NCBI GenBank assembly: GCA_043800755.1
Contig: JAZDMQ010000048.1
Coordinates: forward strand, 1 to 12,349
DNA: 12,349 nt
Direction of reading: 5' to 3'
Origin: a bacterium
GTDB lineage: Bacteria; Methylomirabilota; Methylomirabilia; CAVQYV01
Below are positions 1-7,433 of the stretch, piece after piece; positions within the stretch are counted from its first letter, which is position 1, and each line of letters begins with the position of its first letter. A program made the position numbers and the translations under genes. The notes under the pieces are model-generated. The model saw nothing but the letters and a program-made list of their open reading frames with translations. It was not told the DNA's origin and did no database searches.

Positions 1-239
1 CCAGATGGCCTGCCAAGCAGCAGGCCCACCACACTGAGGTCTTCGTCCAGATCGCGCCAATGAATCCCTTCGCCGCCTCCGATTAGCTGCCAGTTATTGC
101 GTTCTTGGGGTGTACCATGCATTAGGCGTGGGTACCATGCGAGCGGTACAGAGATCGTCCGTCCGTCAGTGAAATCAACCGTCAGTGAATCGTCCGTCAC
201 GAAGACGCTCTGCGCCCTCGCAACTTGTATTTCAGTCAC
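1..239 (-). CDS. DUF2442 domain-containing protein (putative antitoxin-like; 3' end outside window)
   Basis: Hand translation from GTG at 239 gives (M)TEIQVARAQSVFVTDDSLTVDFTDGRTISVPLAWYPRLMHGTPQERNNWQLIGGGEGIHWRDLDEDLSVVGLLLGRPS..., open to the window edge. DGRxISVPLAWYPRL and GIHWxDLDEDLSV are typical of DUF2442. A GGGGAGGG SD lies about 9 nt upstream. Not in the ORF track because its stop is outside the window. Confidence 0.88.
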   Translation of the reverse strand, partial: MTEIQVARAQSVFVTDDSLTVDFTDGRTISVPLAWYPRLMHGTPQERNNWQLIGGGEGIHWRDLDEDLSVVGLLLGRPS

Positions 240-270
240 TCAGGTTTTCCCTCCCCTGTCAGCTTCAATC

Positions 271-1716
271 TCAGCCCTTGATGACCCCCATGGGCTTGAG
301 CTTGGCCACGCGCAGGGAGAGACCTGCGCTGTGCACCACATTCACCACCTCAGTAACATCCTTGTAGGCCTCGGGCATCTCCTCCTTCAGGGTCTCCCTC
401 CCTGAGGCCTGCACAAAGATGCCCCGATCCGCCAACTCCCTCTCGATCGCCCTTCCTTTGGCTGACCGGATCGCCTGGTGGCGGCTCATGACCCGACCCG
501 CCCCGTGGCAGGTGCTGCCGAAGGTCTCCTCCATCGCCCTCTCCGTTCCCACCAGCACGAAGGAGGCCCGGCCCATGTCTCCAGGGATCAGGACCGGCTG
601 GCCCACCTGCCGATACGCCTCCGGCACCTCGGGATGGCCGGGCGGGAAGGCGCGGGTCGCCCCTTTGCGGTGGACGGCCAATCGCCTCTTCTTTCCCTCC
701 ACCAGGTGCTCCTCGATCTTGACGATGTTGTGAGCCACATCGTAGACCAGGGAGAGGCCCAGGGCCTGGGGGGAGATCTTGAGGCCCTGCAGCAGGACCT
801 GCTCGGTCCAATACATCAGGCACTGGCGGTTGGCCCAGGCATAATTGGCCGCGGCCTTCATGGCCGCCAGATAGCGGCGGCCCTCCGGAGAGCTGAGCGG
901 GGCACAGGCCAGCTGGCGGTCCGGCAGGGCAATCCCGTAGCGCCGCACCGCCTCCTCCATCTCCACCAGATAATCGGTGCAGACCTGATGGCCAAACCCG
1001 CGGGACCCGGAGTGGATCATCACCGTTACCTGATCCGGGAAGAGGCCGAAGGCAGAGGCCACCTTCTCCTCGAAGATCTCGGCCACATACTGAATCTCCA
1101 CGAAGTGGTTGCCCGAGCCGAGGGTCCCCTGCTGGGGCCGACCCCGCTCATAGGCCTTGGCGCTGATCACCTCCGGATCGGCCCCCTCCATGCAACCACC
1201 GGCCTCGGTGTGCTGAAGGTCCTCGGCCTGGCCGAAGCCCGCCTCGACCGCCCAACGGGCGCCCTTCTTCAAGACCACCTTTTCATCCTCCCGGGAGAGG
1301 CGGATCTTGCCCTTGGAGCCCACGCCGGTGGGGACCTGGGAGAAGAGGGCAGCAACCAGCTCCTTCAATCTCGGCTCCACCTCCCTGCGGGAGAGGTTGG
1401 TCCGCAGCAGCCGAACCCCGCAGTTGATGTCATATCCCACCCCTCCGGGAGAGATCACCCCCTCCTCCAGATCCGTGGCGACCACGCCCCCGATGGGAAG
1501 GCCATAGCCGGCATGGATGTCGGGCATGGCAAAGGAGGCCTTGACGATGCCCGGCAGGAACGCCGCATTCGCCACCTGCTCCACCGAGGAGTCCTCCGCA
1601 ATCTCGGCAAATAGCTTCTGGTCCGCATAGATCAGGCCGGGAACCCTCATGCCCGGCTTATAATCCTGCGGCACCTGCCAGCGATAGTCATCGAGCTGAA
1701 CGATCTTCGCACCCAT
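271..1716 (-). CDS. rtcB: RtcB family RNA-splicing/repair ligase (archaeal/eukaryotic-like long form, 481 aa)
   Basis: Full motif set present: MPDIHAGYG, GVGYDINCG, GSGNH, HSGSRG, AHN, HRKGAT, PGDMG, STCHGAGR (guanylylated His), EEMPEAYK and C-terminal KG. GAGGTGA SD upstream. Confidence 0.97.
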   Translation of the reverse strand: MGAKIVQLDDYRWQVPQDYKPGMRVPGLIYADQKLFAEIAEDSSVEQVANAAFLPGIVKASFAMPDIHAGYGLPIGGVVATDLEEGVISPGGVGYDINCGVRLLRTNLSRREVEPRLKELVAALFSQVPTGVGSKGKIRLSREDEKVVLKKGARWAVEAGFGQAEDLQHTEAGGCMEGADPEVISAKAYERGRPQQGTLGSGNHFVEIQYVAEIFEEKVASAFGLFPDQVTVMIHSGSRGFGHQVCTDYLVEMEEAVRRYGIALPDRQLACAPLSSPEGRRYLAAMKAAANYAWANRQCLMYWTEQVLLQGLKISPQALGLSLVYDVAHNIVKIEEHLVEGKKRRLAVHRKGATRAFPPGHPEVPEAYRQVGQPVLIPGDMGRASFVLVGTERAMEETFGSTCHGAGRVMSRHQAIRSAKGRAIERELADRGIFVQASGRETLKEEMPEAYKDVTEVVNVVHSAGLSLRVAKLKPMGVIKG

Positions 1717-1776
1717 CTTCTATCTCACCTCAATTCCCCTGCTCCGCCGGGAGGCGATGTGCGGCCCCCGGGCAGA

Positions 1777-2205
1777 TCAGACATCCAGCACCACCTGCAC
1801 CTGCCACTTCCCCCCATCCTCGCTCACCTTCAGAGAGTGATAGGTGGCGGCCTTGACCAAGCCCTTCACGGAATGTCGGGTCAGATCCAGGATATCCCCC
1901 TGCAGATTCGCCTCCAATCGCTGATCACCAAGATTACCGATCTCATACTCCACCGGAAGAAACCCTTCCACCTCAAACAGATAGAGGAGCTCGCTGAGCC
2001 AGGCGACCAAGAGGGCCTCACGGTCTTGCGCCTCGACCACGACCCTGCAGGACTGTGATGGCCGAAGGCCCTGGGGATCCACGATCAAATCGAGCATCCC
2101 CCGGGCTGCGTTGACGAAGGCCTCCTCCATGCTCCTTCCCCACGCCCGCAGGCCTTCATCCGCCGTCACCTCGAAGGACTCATATCCTTTATCGACCTCT
2201 TCCAT
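1777..2205 (-). CDS. Archease (RtcB activator), 142 aa
   Basis: YESFEVTADEGLRAWG, LLVAWLSELLYLFE, VKAATYH and C-terminal LDV; directly upstream of rtcB. ATG at 2205 is preferred over TTG at 2226, which is only 2 nt from its AGGAGG. Confidence 0.95.
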   Translation of the reverse strand: MEEVDKGYESFEVTADEGLRAWGRSMEEAFVNAARGMLDLIVDPQGLRPSQSCRVVVEAQDREALLVAWLSELLYLFEVEGFLPVEYEIGNLGDQRLEANLQGDILDLTRHSVKGLVKAATYHSLKVSEDGGKWQVQVVLDV

Positions 2206-2232
2206 CGATCTCCCGCAAAAATCCAAAACCTC

Positions 2233-3771
2233 CTATGATTTCTCCGCCTTCCCTTTCTTTCCCGTGTGATCCTTGCCCAGGTAGAAGTTGATCCAGGAAC
2301 AGGTCTCGTTCAGGGACCAATCCCGCGGGGGCAGGATCTCCGGCAGCAGGCCGTCCTGCTCCCCGAAGGCCTTGAGTCGCTCATAGGCGCGGACATAGAT
2401 GCACTTCTTCTCCTGAGGGTAAACCTCACACCAGCCTTCATAGCTTCCCCCGCAGGGGCCGTTCAACAGGTACTTGGCGCACTGCGACTGAGGGCAGAGG
2501 TAGGCATGCTCGGGGATCGTGCAGTCCCCGCACATCTTGCACTCGTTGGTGATGAGCTTGGAGAAATGCTCGAACATGGCATAGGGCTTCTCCAGGAAGG
2601 TCCCGGCGACGGCCTGATGGAAGACCTTAGCCGGACGGTACAGCACTCCCTTCTCGTCGAAGAGCGCGTCGTGAACCACGCGGAAGACCGAATAGCCAAT
2701 AGGCTTCCGGGGCCGATTGCGCGTCCGATCCACCGGCACATCCGTATTGAGGCCCGTCTTCCCATCCCTCTCAAAATAGTAGAACGCATCCTTCTGCGGA
2801 AAGTCCAGATCCTTCACCAGGGCGGGCCAGTTCGGATAGAGTTCTTCCGCCTTGGCCAGGATGAACTCCACATCCTCATAGGGGAGGACCACTCCTCCCA
2901 GGTGGACCCCCTTGTAGCCCAGGCCGCGCAGCACGGCCACCAGCTTCGCTCCCCGGAGAAGCCTTGCTCCTTTTCCTTTATCCGGGGCCTTGACCTCCTC
3001 GGTGATCGTCGCCAGGAGGGAATCAGGGACCACGCATCCGGGAAGTTCATTACCATTCATGAGGCGAGCAGCCCCCATATTGAGGATGTAGACGTTTCCG
3101 ATCACCGGGACCTTCAGTCTTTTCACCTTCATGAAGCGCATCAGCTCATCATACTTGCGAGCCTCAAAGCCCAATTGGGTGATGAGGAAATCGGCCCCCG
3201 CCTCGACCTTCCTGACGAGCTTCAGATACTGGCCGAGCAATTCTCCCTCCTGCTGCTTGAAGGGAGAGGCGGCGGACCCTTTGAAGAAGGAGGTCGGGCT
3301 GAGGCGAGTGGGCCCAGTGACACCCTTCCATTCCAGGCCTTGATTCATGGCCGAGGACAATTGCAGGACGTGAATCGGATCCAAGTCGAAGACGGGTTTG
3401 GCCTTGCCCTGAGGGCTATCCGCAGGGTAATCTCCGGCCATGATGAGGAGGTTTTCCAGCCCCAACCGGTCATAGGAATAGAGCTTTCCCATCATCTGAG
3501 CCCGGTTCTTATCCTTGCAGGTGAAATGGATCAGGGGAATCTGACCCATCTTTTGAATCTCGATAGCCAACGGATCTGGCTCCAGGGACGGGTTGCCCCC
3601 CGCATTGTCGCACACGGACAGGGCGTGGACTTTTCCGCCCTTGCAGGCCTTTTCCGCGAACTCCAAGAGCTTATCCTGCGCCTTTTCTCGGGACCCCAGA
3701 CCGGGGATCATTTCGCAGGTGACCACAAGGGTCTGATCGTCCTGCATCACCTTCTTGAATTGGTTTTCCAT
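2233..3771 (-). CDS. metF: Methylenetetrahydrofolate reductase (MetF-like) fused to a C-terminal Cys-rich MetV-like domain
   Basis: MTHFR motifs TCEMIPG, IHFTCKDKNR, AGD, KVEAGADFLITQ and GYKGVHLG. C-terminal CKMCGDC...CPQSQCAKYLLNGPCGGS...WCEV...KC carries 8 Cys. GGGAGG at 3782-3787 is spaced correctly for the ATG at 3771, not the one at 3780. Confidence 0.9.
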   Translation of the reverse strand: MENQFKKVMQDDQTLVVTCEMIPGLGSREKAQDKLLEFAEKACKGGKVHALSVCDNAGGNPSLEPDPLAIEIQKMGQIPLIHFTCKDKNRAQMMGKLYSYDRLGLENLLIMAGDYPADSPQGKAKPVFDLDPIHVLQLSSAMNQGLEWKGVTGPTRLSPTSFFKGSAASPFKQQEGELLGQYLKLVRKVEAGADFLITQLGFEARKYDELMRFMKVKRLKVPVIGNVYILNMGAARLMNGNELPGCVVPDSLLATITEEVKAPDKGKGARLLRGAKLVAVLRGLGYKGVHLGGVVLPYEDVEFILAKAEELYPNWPALVKDLDFPQKDAFYYFERDGKTGLNTDVPVDRTRNRPRKPIGYSVFRVVHDALFDEKGVLYRPAKVFHQAVAGTFLEKPYAMFEHFSKLITNECKMCGDCTIPEHAYLCPQSQCAKYLLNGPCGGSYEGWCEVYPQEKKCIYVRAYERLKAFGEQDGLLPEILPPRDWSLNETCSWINFYLGKDHTGKKGKAEKS

Positions 3772-3814
3772 GCGATTCATTCCTCCCTTTCCAGTCTCGT
3801 GATCTCACGCATGC

Positions 3815-3831
3815 TGCAACGCCCGTTCCTT
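3815..3831 (-). promoter_or_regulatory. Putative sigma54 (-24/-12) promoter for metF-archease-rtcB
   Basis: Minus strand reads AAGGAACGGGCGTTGCA versus consensus YTGGCACGrNNNTTGCW. Exact GG-N10-GC spacing with ACG and TTGCA conserved; about 45 nt upstream of the metF start. Confidence 0.55.
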
Positions 3832-3906
3832 CTACACCACACCAACGAATTGAAATCCGCAAGGAGGGATTGGACTTCCCCGTAACCTGGTGGCCAGCGC
3901 TTCATC

Positions 3907-4686
3907 TCACTCGATCTTTCGGAAAGAGGCCACCGCCAGGCTGATCATGGCCAGGGAAAAGAGGGAAACCACCAGGATATCCAGGCCCAGGGGGAACTCC
4001 GCCCCCAGGCTCCCGTGCCCCATTCCCCCCACCCGCGGGAGCAGGACATTCTTGAAGGCATCGATCCCATAGGTCAGGGGATTACAGAGGGAGAGGAGGC
4101 GCAGCCAGGGGGGCAAGAGGTTGACCGGGTAGATGGCCCCGCTCAGGAAGAAGAGGGGCATCACCAGCAGGTTCATGATCACATTGAAGACCCCAAAAGT
4201 TTCCATATGAGAGGCGATCAAGATTCCCAGGGACGTGAGCGCGAAAGAGAGGAGGACCGCAAGGGCGAAAAGGCCCAGCAGCTGCGGGATCTCCACATGA
4301 ATCTTCAAGAGGGGAAGGAAGATGGTGATCACCGCGGCCTGCAGCGAGGAGGAGAGGGTGCCGCTGATCGCCTTGCCGATGACGATGGAGAAGCGAGAGA
4401 TGGGGGCGACCAGGATCTCGCGCAGGAAGCCGAACTCCCGGTCCCAGACGATGGAGATGGAGGAGAAGATGGAGGAGAAGAGGATGACCATCCCCATCAC
4501 CCCGGGGAAGATGAACTGGTTGTAGGAGACGGGGCCGCCCCGCTGCACGATCTGATTCAGGCCGGAGCCCACCACGAAGAGCCACAGGATAGGACGGGCA
4601 AAGATGTTGATCAGGCTGCCCTTCTGCCTCACCAGCTTGATCAGCTCCCGCAGGGTGATGACATAGATGGCGCGGCTGTCGATCAA
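3907..4686 (-). CDS. ABC-2 type exporter permease
   Basis: About six hydrophobic segments; FIFPGVMGM, DREFGFLREILVAPISR, FLSGAIYP and NPLTYGIDAF. The TTG start overlaps the ATPase stop (TTGA). Confidence 0.93.
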   Translation of the reverse strand: MIDSRAIYVITLRELIKLVRQKGSLINIFARPILWLFVVGSGLNQIVQRGGPVSYNQFIFPGVMGMVILFSSIFSSISIVWDREFGFLREILVAPISRFSIVIGKAISGTLSSSLQAAVITIFLPLLKIHVEIPQLLGLFALAVLLSFALTSLGILIASHMETFGVFNVIMNLLVMPLFFLSGAIYPVNLLPPWLRLLSLCNPLTYGIDAFKNVLLPRVGGMGHGSLGAEFPLGLDILVVSLFSLAMISLAVASFRKIE

Positions 4687-5672
4687 TGCCTCCTCCAGCG
4701 CGCCTTTTGATAGGCGCGGGCCATCTGCCGTTTGGTCTCCTTGGAATCGGTCCCCTCCTCCCGGATCTCCCGTCCCACCAGGCGCAGAAAGACATCATTG
4801 AGCGACGGTTTCACCACATTCACGTAGTTGATCTCCGCCCCCAACCTTTCGAGGAGGCGGGGGATGAATTCCTCCCCGGATTCCACCTCCAGGATCAGCT
4901 CCTCATTCTCTCCCTGGGCCTCCAGCCCGAAATGGGCGCGGATACGCCGCCGCAGGCTATCCGGATCCCCTCCCCGCAACACGATCAGATCGCCCTTCAC
5001 CATCCGCTTCAGCTTCTCCGGGGTCCCGCGGGCGATGATCTTGCCCTGATCGATGATGGCGATCTGATCACAGACCTCCGCCTCCTCCATGTAATGGGTG
5101 GTCATGAACATGGTGATCTGTTCCCGGGACCGGAGGTCGCGAATGAAGTCCCAGATAGTGTCGCGGGTCTGGGGGTCCAGGCCCAGGGTGGGCTCATCGA
5201 GGAAGAGGATGCGGGGGTGATGGAGCAGGCCCCGGGCGATCTCGAGGCGACGCTTCATCCCCCCGGAGAAACGCTTCACCAATTCCTTTGAGCGGTCGGT
5301 CAGGCCCACCAGATGCAGCATCTCCTCGATCCGCTCCTTCATCTGCTTGCGCTCCATGTTATAGAGATAACAATGGAACTTCAGGTTCTCCCAGGCGGTC
5401 AGCTCGTTATCCAGGGTGGTATCCTGGAAGATGAGGCCGATGGAGGAACGGACCGCCTCTGGGTGGGTCAGACAGTCGAAGCCATTGACCGCAACCTTTC
5501 CCGCCGTGGGCCGCAGCAGCGTGCAGAGGATGTTGATGGTGGTGGACTTGCCCGCGCCGTTGGGCCCCAGGAAGGCAAAGATCTCTCCCTCCTTGACCGA
5601 AAAGGAAATCCCATCCACCGCCCGAAGAGGACCGAAATCCTTCACCAGACCATTGACCTCTATGGCCGCCAT
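4683..5672 (-). CDS. ABC exporter ATP-binding protein (DrrA/NodI-like)
   Basis: Walker A GPNGAGKST, Q-loop IFQD, signature FSGGMKRR, Walker B LFLDEPTLGLD, H-loop TTHYMEEA, C-terminal PSLNDVFL. Start placed at MAAIEV (5672); the longer ORF-track extension covers the promoter region. Confidence 0.95.
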   Translation of the reverse strand: MAAIEVNGLVKDFGPLRAVDGISFSVKEGEIFAFLGPNGAGKSTTINILCTLLRPTAGKVAVNGFDCLTHPEAVRSSIGLIFQDTTLDNELTAWENLKFHCYLYNMERKQMKERIEEMLHLVGLTDRSKELVKRFSGGMKRRLEIARGLLHHPRILFLDEPTLGLDPQTRDTIWDFIRDLRSREQITMFMTTHYMEEAEVCDQIAIIDQGKIIARGTPEKLKRMVKGDLIVLRGGDPDSLRRRIRAHFGLEAQGENEELILEVESGEEFIPRLLERLGAEINYVNVVKPSLNDVFLRLVGREIREEGTDSKETKRQMARAYQKARWRRH

Positions 5673-5724
5673 TGCCTTTTCTTTTCCCTCCTTCGCTTTG
5701 GAGATTGGCTCGCTATGCGTTTTC

Positions 5725-5753
5725 ATAAAACCACAGGGAGGGAAAGCTGTCAA
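5725..5753 (-). promoter_or_regulatory. Putative sigma70 promoter for the ABC exporter operon
   Basis: Perfect TTGACA (5753-5748), 17-nt spacer ending TGG, then a weak -10 TTTTAT (5730-5725). Confidence 0.45.
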
Positions 5754-5772
5754 GGCATTACAAAGAACTGTA

Positions 5773-5801
5773 TTGACTTCGTCACCATTTTGGTCTATTT
5801 T
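5773..5801 (+). promoter_or_regulatory. Putative sigma70 promoter for the IT-superfamily permease
   Basis: TTGACT (5773-5778), 17 nt, TATTTT (5796-5801); back-to-back with the minus-strand promoter in an AT-richer intergenic region. Confidence 0.5.
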
Positions 5802-5955
5802 GCGTCGAATATTGGCAGCGGGAGGCACTGTTATCATGTGATGCTTAAGGAGCCATGGATATCGTGATGATAGCCGTAGTCCGAGGGAAAGCTACGATGG
5901 CAGGAACGATGTTGACAACAACCTGAAACCAAGAAGAGATCTGGTGGAGGATACG

Positions 5956-7302
5956 GTGGAACCTATTCAGATTATTGCAGGGGTGATATTCCTCGCGAGT
6001 GTGGTAGCGCTCGTCACCGGAATCATCGACAGCGTGATAGCCGCCCTCTTGGGCGTCTTTCTCATGGTGGTCACGCAGGTGATGAGCGAGGTAGAGGCCT
6101 TCAAGTATGTGGACTGGAATGTGATTTGTATCCTCTTGGGGATATGGGTCATCGCCGGGTATTTTGGTAAAACGGGCATCCCGGAATACTTGTCGAGCAA
6201 GATGCTCCGCTTATCCAAAGGAAATGTTGCGATCTTTGTGACCCTGCTGGGCACCCTGTCCGGTTTCATCTCCATGTTCGTGGATAATGTGGTGGTGGTC
6301 CTGATGATGGCTCCCGTGGTCTTCACCGTAACCCGGCAGATCAAGTTTCCCGCCTTTCCTGCTGTCCTATTCATCGGTCTCTGTGCCAATTTCATGGGGA
6401 CTGCCCTGCTGCTGGGGGATCTCCCCCCACAGATGCTTCATAGCGTCTCGGGGGTTGAATTCTCGGGCTTCATCTGGCATTCCGGCCGTCCATCCTCCTT
6501 CTTCGTCCTGACCCTCACTTATCTGTGCGTGGTAGCGATCTTCTTCTTTCGCTTCATTAAGGTCTATGGGCCCAAGGCCATGCCTCCCGGGGCCGCGGTG
6601 GATACCACCAGCAGGAAACTGGATCATTTCGTGAAAGATAAGGTCTTCACCTTCCTCGTGCTCTCCTTCTTCCTCGCCACCATCGTGGCCATGTCCCTGC
6701 GCAAGGTCTTGGGCTGGCACTTGGGGTTCATCGCCCTCATGGGGGCAACCCTCCTGATCTTGACCCTCGAGGTCTTGCACAAGCGCCTAAAACTGTCGAA
6801 TCCAAGCTTCGAGGAGATCTTGTCCCAGATGGACTGGCGGGCGATCTTCTTCTATGTCTCCCTGTTTGCCCTGGTGGGAGGATTGGAAAAGGCAGGTATC
6901 ATCAAAGCGGTAGCCGATTGGCTCGTGCCCTACATCAAAGGAAATCTCCTGGCAGGATTCAGCCTCCTCTATTGGGCCACCGTGCCGATCGTGGGATTGG
7001 TGGAACACGATGCCTACATCTTGACCTTCCTCTATGTCATCCGGGATCTGGGCACCTATCACGGGATCAACCCCTGGCCTCTGTGGTGGGGTCTTCTTTG
7101 GGCCGGAACCCTGGGAAGCAACTTGACCATTGCCGGGGCGCCAGCCCTCTTCGTGGCCTTGAACTGCGCTCAAAAGGAGGACGCCTGCAAAGTCAATCTG
7201 AAGGAGTTTCTCAGCTATAGCGTTCCCTATGTCCTCACATCCACGGTCATCTGCTTCGTCATAGCCGTCCTGGTGTGGGTGTTGCCCTATCTGAATCATT
7301 GA
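5956..7302 (+). CDS. ArsB/NhaD/CitMHS-like (SLC13/IT superfamily) membrane permease, substrate unknown
   Basis: Highly hydrophobic, with an internal two-fold repeat: VDWNVI / MDWRAIFF, SMFVDNV, ANFMGTALLLGD / GSNLTIAGA, LVGGLEKAG. GGAGG at 5946-5950 favours the in-frame GTG at 5956. Confidence 0.88.
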   Translation: MEPIQIIAGVIFLASVVALVTGIIDSVIAALLGVFLMVVTQVMSEVEAFKYVDWNVICILLGIWVIAGYFGKTGIPEYLSSKMLRLSKGNVAIFVTLLGTLSGFISMFVDNVVVVLMMAPVVFTVTRQIKFPAFPAVLFIGLCANFMGTALLLGDLPPQMLHSVSGVEFSGFIWHSGRPSSFFVLTLTYLCVVAIFFFRFIKVYGPKAMPPGAAVDTTSRKLDHFVKDKVFTFLVLSFFLATIVAMSLRKVLGWHLGFIALMGATLLILTLEVLHKRLKLSNPSFEEILSQMDWRAIFFYVSLFALVGGLEKAGIIKAVADWLVPYIKGNLLAGFSLLYWATVPIVGLVEHDAYILTFLYVIRDLGTYHGINPWPLWWGLLWAGTLGSNLTIAGAPALFVALNCAQKEDACKVNLKEFLSYSVPYVLTSTVICFVIAVLVWVLPYLNH

Positions 7303-7334
7303 ATTGGCTCCTTCCGCATCGCCTCAATAAACAC

Positions 7335-7386
7335 AATTGGCCGAGGTCGTCTGAGGTCCCTGTGGGAGCCTCAACCTCGGCCAATT
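7335..7386. terminator. Long compound hairpin between the convergent permease and larE (probable bidirectional terminator or stability element)
   Basis: AATTGGCCGAGGT (7335-7347) pairs perfectly with ACCTCGGCCAATT (7374-7386). Inner stems TGAGG/CCTCA and TCCC/GGGA close a TGT loop. No clear U-tract on either strand. Confidence 0.6.
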
Positions 7387-7433
7387 CTATCTCGCCCTCC
7401 TTACCTTAAAGGCGGATCCGTCCTGCTCGCCGC

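Noticed and set aside
112..198. Short direct repeats GTACCATGC (112-120, 132-140) and CCGTCAGTGAA (163-173, 179-189)
   Set aside because: Only two copies each, short, and inside the DUF2442 coding frame; not a CRISPR array or iteron set.
97..405. Plus-strand ORFs 97-405 and 185-367
   Set aside because: They are antisense to rtcB and the DUF2442 frame, which explain the region better.
478..1614. 378-aa plus-strand ORF, and similar ORFs at 2266-3885, 4015-4710, 7569-8183 and 10285-11106
   Set aside because: Antisense shadows of well-supported minus-strand genes in GC-rich DNA; no recognisable motifs.
271..1716. Intein or intron in rtcB
   Set aside because: The protein is 481 aa with contiguous motifs (DINCGVR uninterrupted); there is no insertion.
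3781..3906. SAM, THF or ZTP riboswitch upstream of metF
   Set aside because: No recognisable aptamer consensus, and the predicted leader is only about 30 nt if the sigma54 site is real.
5673..5837. 55-aa N-terminal extension of the ABC ATPase in the ORF track
   Set aside because: It spans the divergent promoters, and family similarity begins at MAAIEV (5672).
5805..5955. Known riboswitch (e.g. fluoride, SAM, cobalamin, c-di-GMP) in the permease leader
   Set aside because: I could not match the conserved core of any of these by eye; an Rfam scan is needed.
5956..7302. Permease as a horizontally acquired island (visibly lower GC)
   Set aside because: No flanking direct repeats, integrase or tRNA. 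Hydrophobic codon bias explains part of the shift, so the evidence is insufficient.
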